IMG/VR virus record: IMGVR_UViG_3300028920_000056 | Coordinates: 25,629-89,628 of that record | DNA: 64,000 nucleotides | Reading direction: 5' to 3' (one strand) | Source of the DNA: a virus | Position numbers and translations under genes: made by a program | Notes under the pieces: generated by a model | Seen by the model: the letters and a program-made list of their open reading frames with translations, nothing else | Told to the model about the DNA's origin: nothing | Database searches by the model: none | Shown here: one piece after another, positions 63,310 to 64,000 of the stretch | How the letters are laid out: the number at the start of each line of letters is the position of its first letter | Numbering within the stretch: the stretch's first letter is position 1

Positions 63310-64000
63310 ATGAGTTACATGAAAAAACCATATTTTGAAAATCCAAAAACAAAAGGTAGTGGAATAATTTGTGCAATACCTCAAGAAGGTAAATGCCCTG
63401 TAGGTTGTAAAGATTGTTTTTTCCAATCTGGTAGATCTTATTTAGAGCCATTGTCAGACAATCTTCCCAACATGCCATCTATAGAAATGGCAAAAAATCG
63501 AGTTGTCAGAATTAACGATGGAAACGATAGCAATATTGATAAAGAGGCCGTAATTAAAGCAACTCAGATATATCCAAATAAATTTTATAATACATCTATA
63601 CCTGACTTACGGTTATTTGATGCTCCTGTCGTATTAACAATTAATCCTGGAAATATAACAGATACTGATTTTAATGTAGTTACTCAAATACCAAAAAATT
63701 TAATGTTTGTAAGAATTCGTGTTAACACTTGGAATTTAGATAAAGTAGTATGGCCGGCAACACATCTTTATACTTCTAAAGGAGTTCCAGTAGTATTTAC
63801 TTTTATGGCTTATTATAATGAAATGGTTCCAGCAGAACACAAGTCTAATTATGATTTTAGAAAAAGAACACTGAATTCATATTGGTGCATAAGACCAGAA
63901 GCTTGGAAAAGAATTATGGACATGTATAAAAATAATAAATTAGTTTATTCATGTGGAGCCAATTATACTGGTACTATTTCATGTAAGAATTGCGGAAACT
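63310..64000 (+). CDS. radical SAM-like protein (runs off the window end; absent from ORF track)
   Basis: SD AAGGAG, ATG 63310, CPVGCKDC (CxxxCxxC), open to 64000. Confidence 0.7.
   Translation, partial: MSYMKKPYFENPKTKGSGIICAIPQEGKCPVGCKDCFFQSGRSYLEPLSDNLPNMPSIEMAKNRVVRINDGNDSNIDKEAVIKATQIYPNKFYNTSIPDLRLFDAPVVLTINPGNITDTDFNVVTQIPKNLMFVRIRVNTWNLDKVVWPATHLYTSKGVPVVFTFMAYYNEMVPAEHKSNYDFRKRTLNSYWCIRPEAWKRIMDMYKNNKLVYSCGANYTGTISCKNCGN

Noticed and set aside
409-63478. Most minus-strand ORFs in the track (e.g. 2665-3144, 13117-13698, 16376-16795, 44719-45042)
   Set aside because: Ser/Phe/Leu-rich antisense shadows of K/E/D-rich plus-strand genes; only 24842-25216 has independent support.
1-64000. 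Stop-codon reassignment as seen in some large phages
   Set aside because: Core genes are full length in the standard code and TAA, TAG and TGA all end genes at expected positions.

Overview
AT-rich segment of a large T4-like (contractile-tailed) phage genome, read almost entirely on the + strand with the standard genetic code. It carries a probable lysis cassette, a phage sigma-like factor, a head module (TerL, intein-containing portal, prohead protease, acidic scaffold, gp23-type major capsid protein), neck/tail genes (sheath, tube, a gp26-like chaperone with a probable programmed +1/-2 frameshift), recombination/replication genes (SbcD, SbcC, RecA/UvsX, UvsW, primase, intein-containing DnaB) and a repair/ADP-ribosylation cluster (RtcB, WGR-PARP, Rnl2/DRB0094-type RNA ligase, a minimal ligase, a radical SAM ORF running off the end). 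The Hsp20 resembles spirochaete Hsp20s, a weak hint at the host. The most unusual signals are: (1) about 45 small, mutually dissimilar ORFs that carry one of two short shared peptide tags, a hydrophobic '[KR]xx[LIF][IVF]xx[IL]F' helix among the virion genes and a '[TA]KxxL[KR][DG]' motif elsewhere; the tag type largely tracks three recurring promoter-like motifs (AAAGATAA, GCATAAT, AGnnTCGA-N8-TATRAT), suggesting a modular address-tag system for a fast-turnover accessory proteome; (2) a ~280-nt stand-alone structured RNA with a tRNA-shaped domain and an extended anticodon arm; (3) a eukaryote-like WGR-PARP sharing a promoter motif with RtcB and a minimal ligase. All family assignments come from motif recognition by eye; no database searches or folding programs were run.
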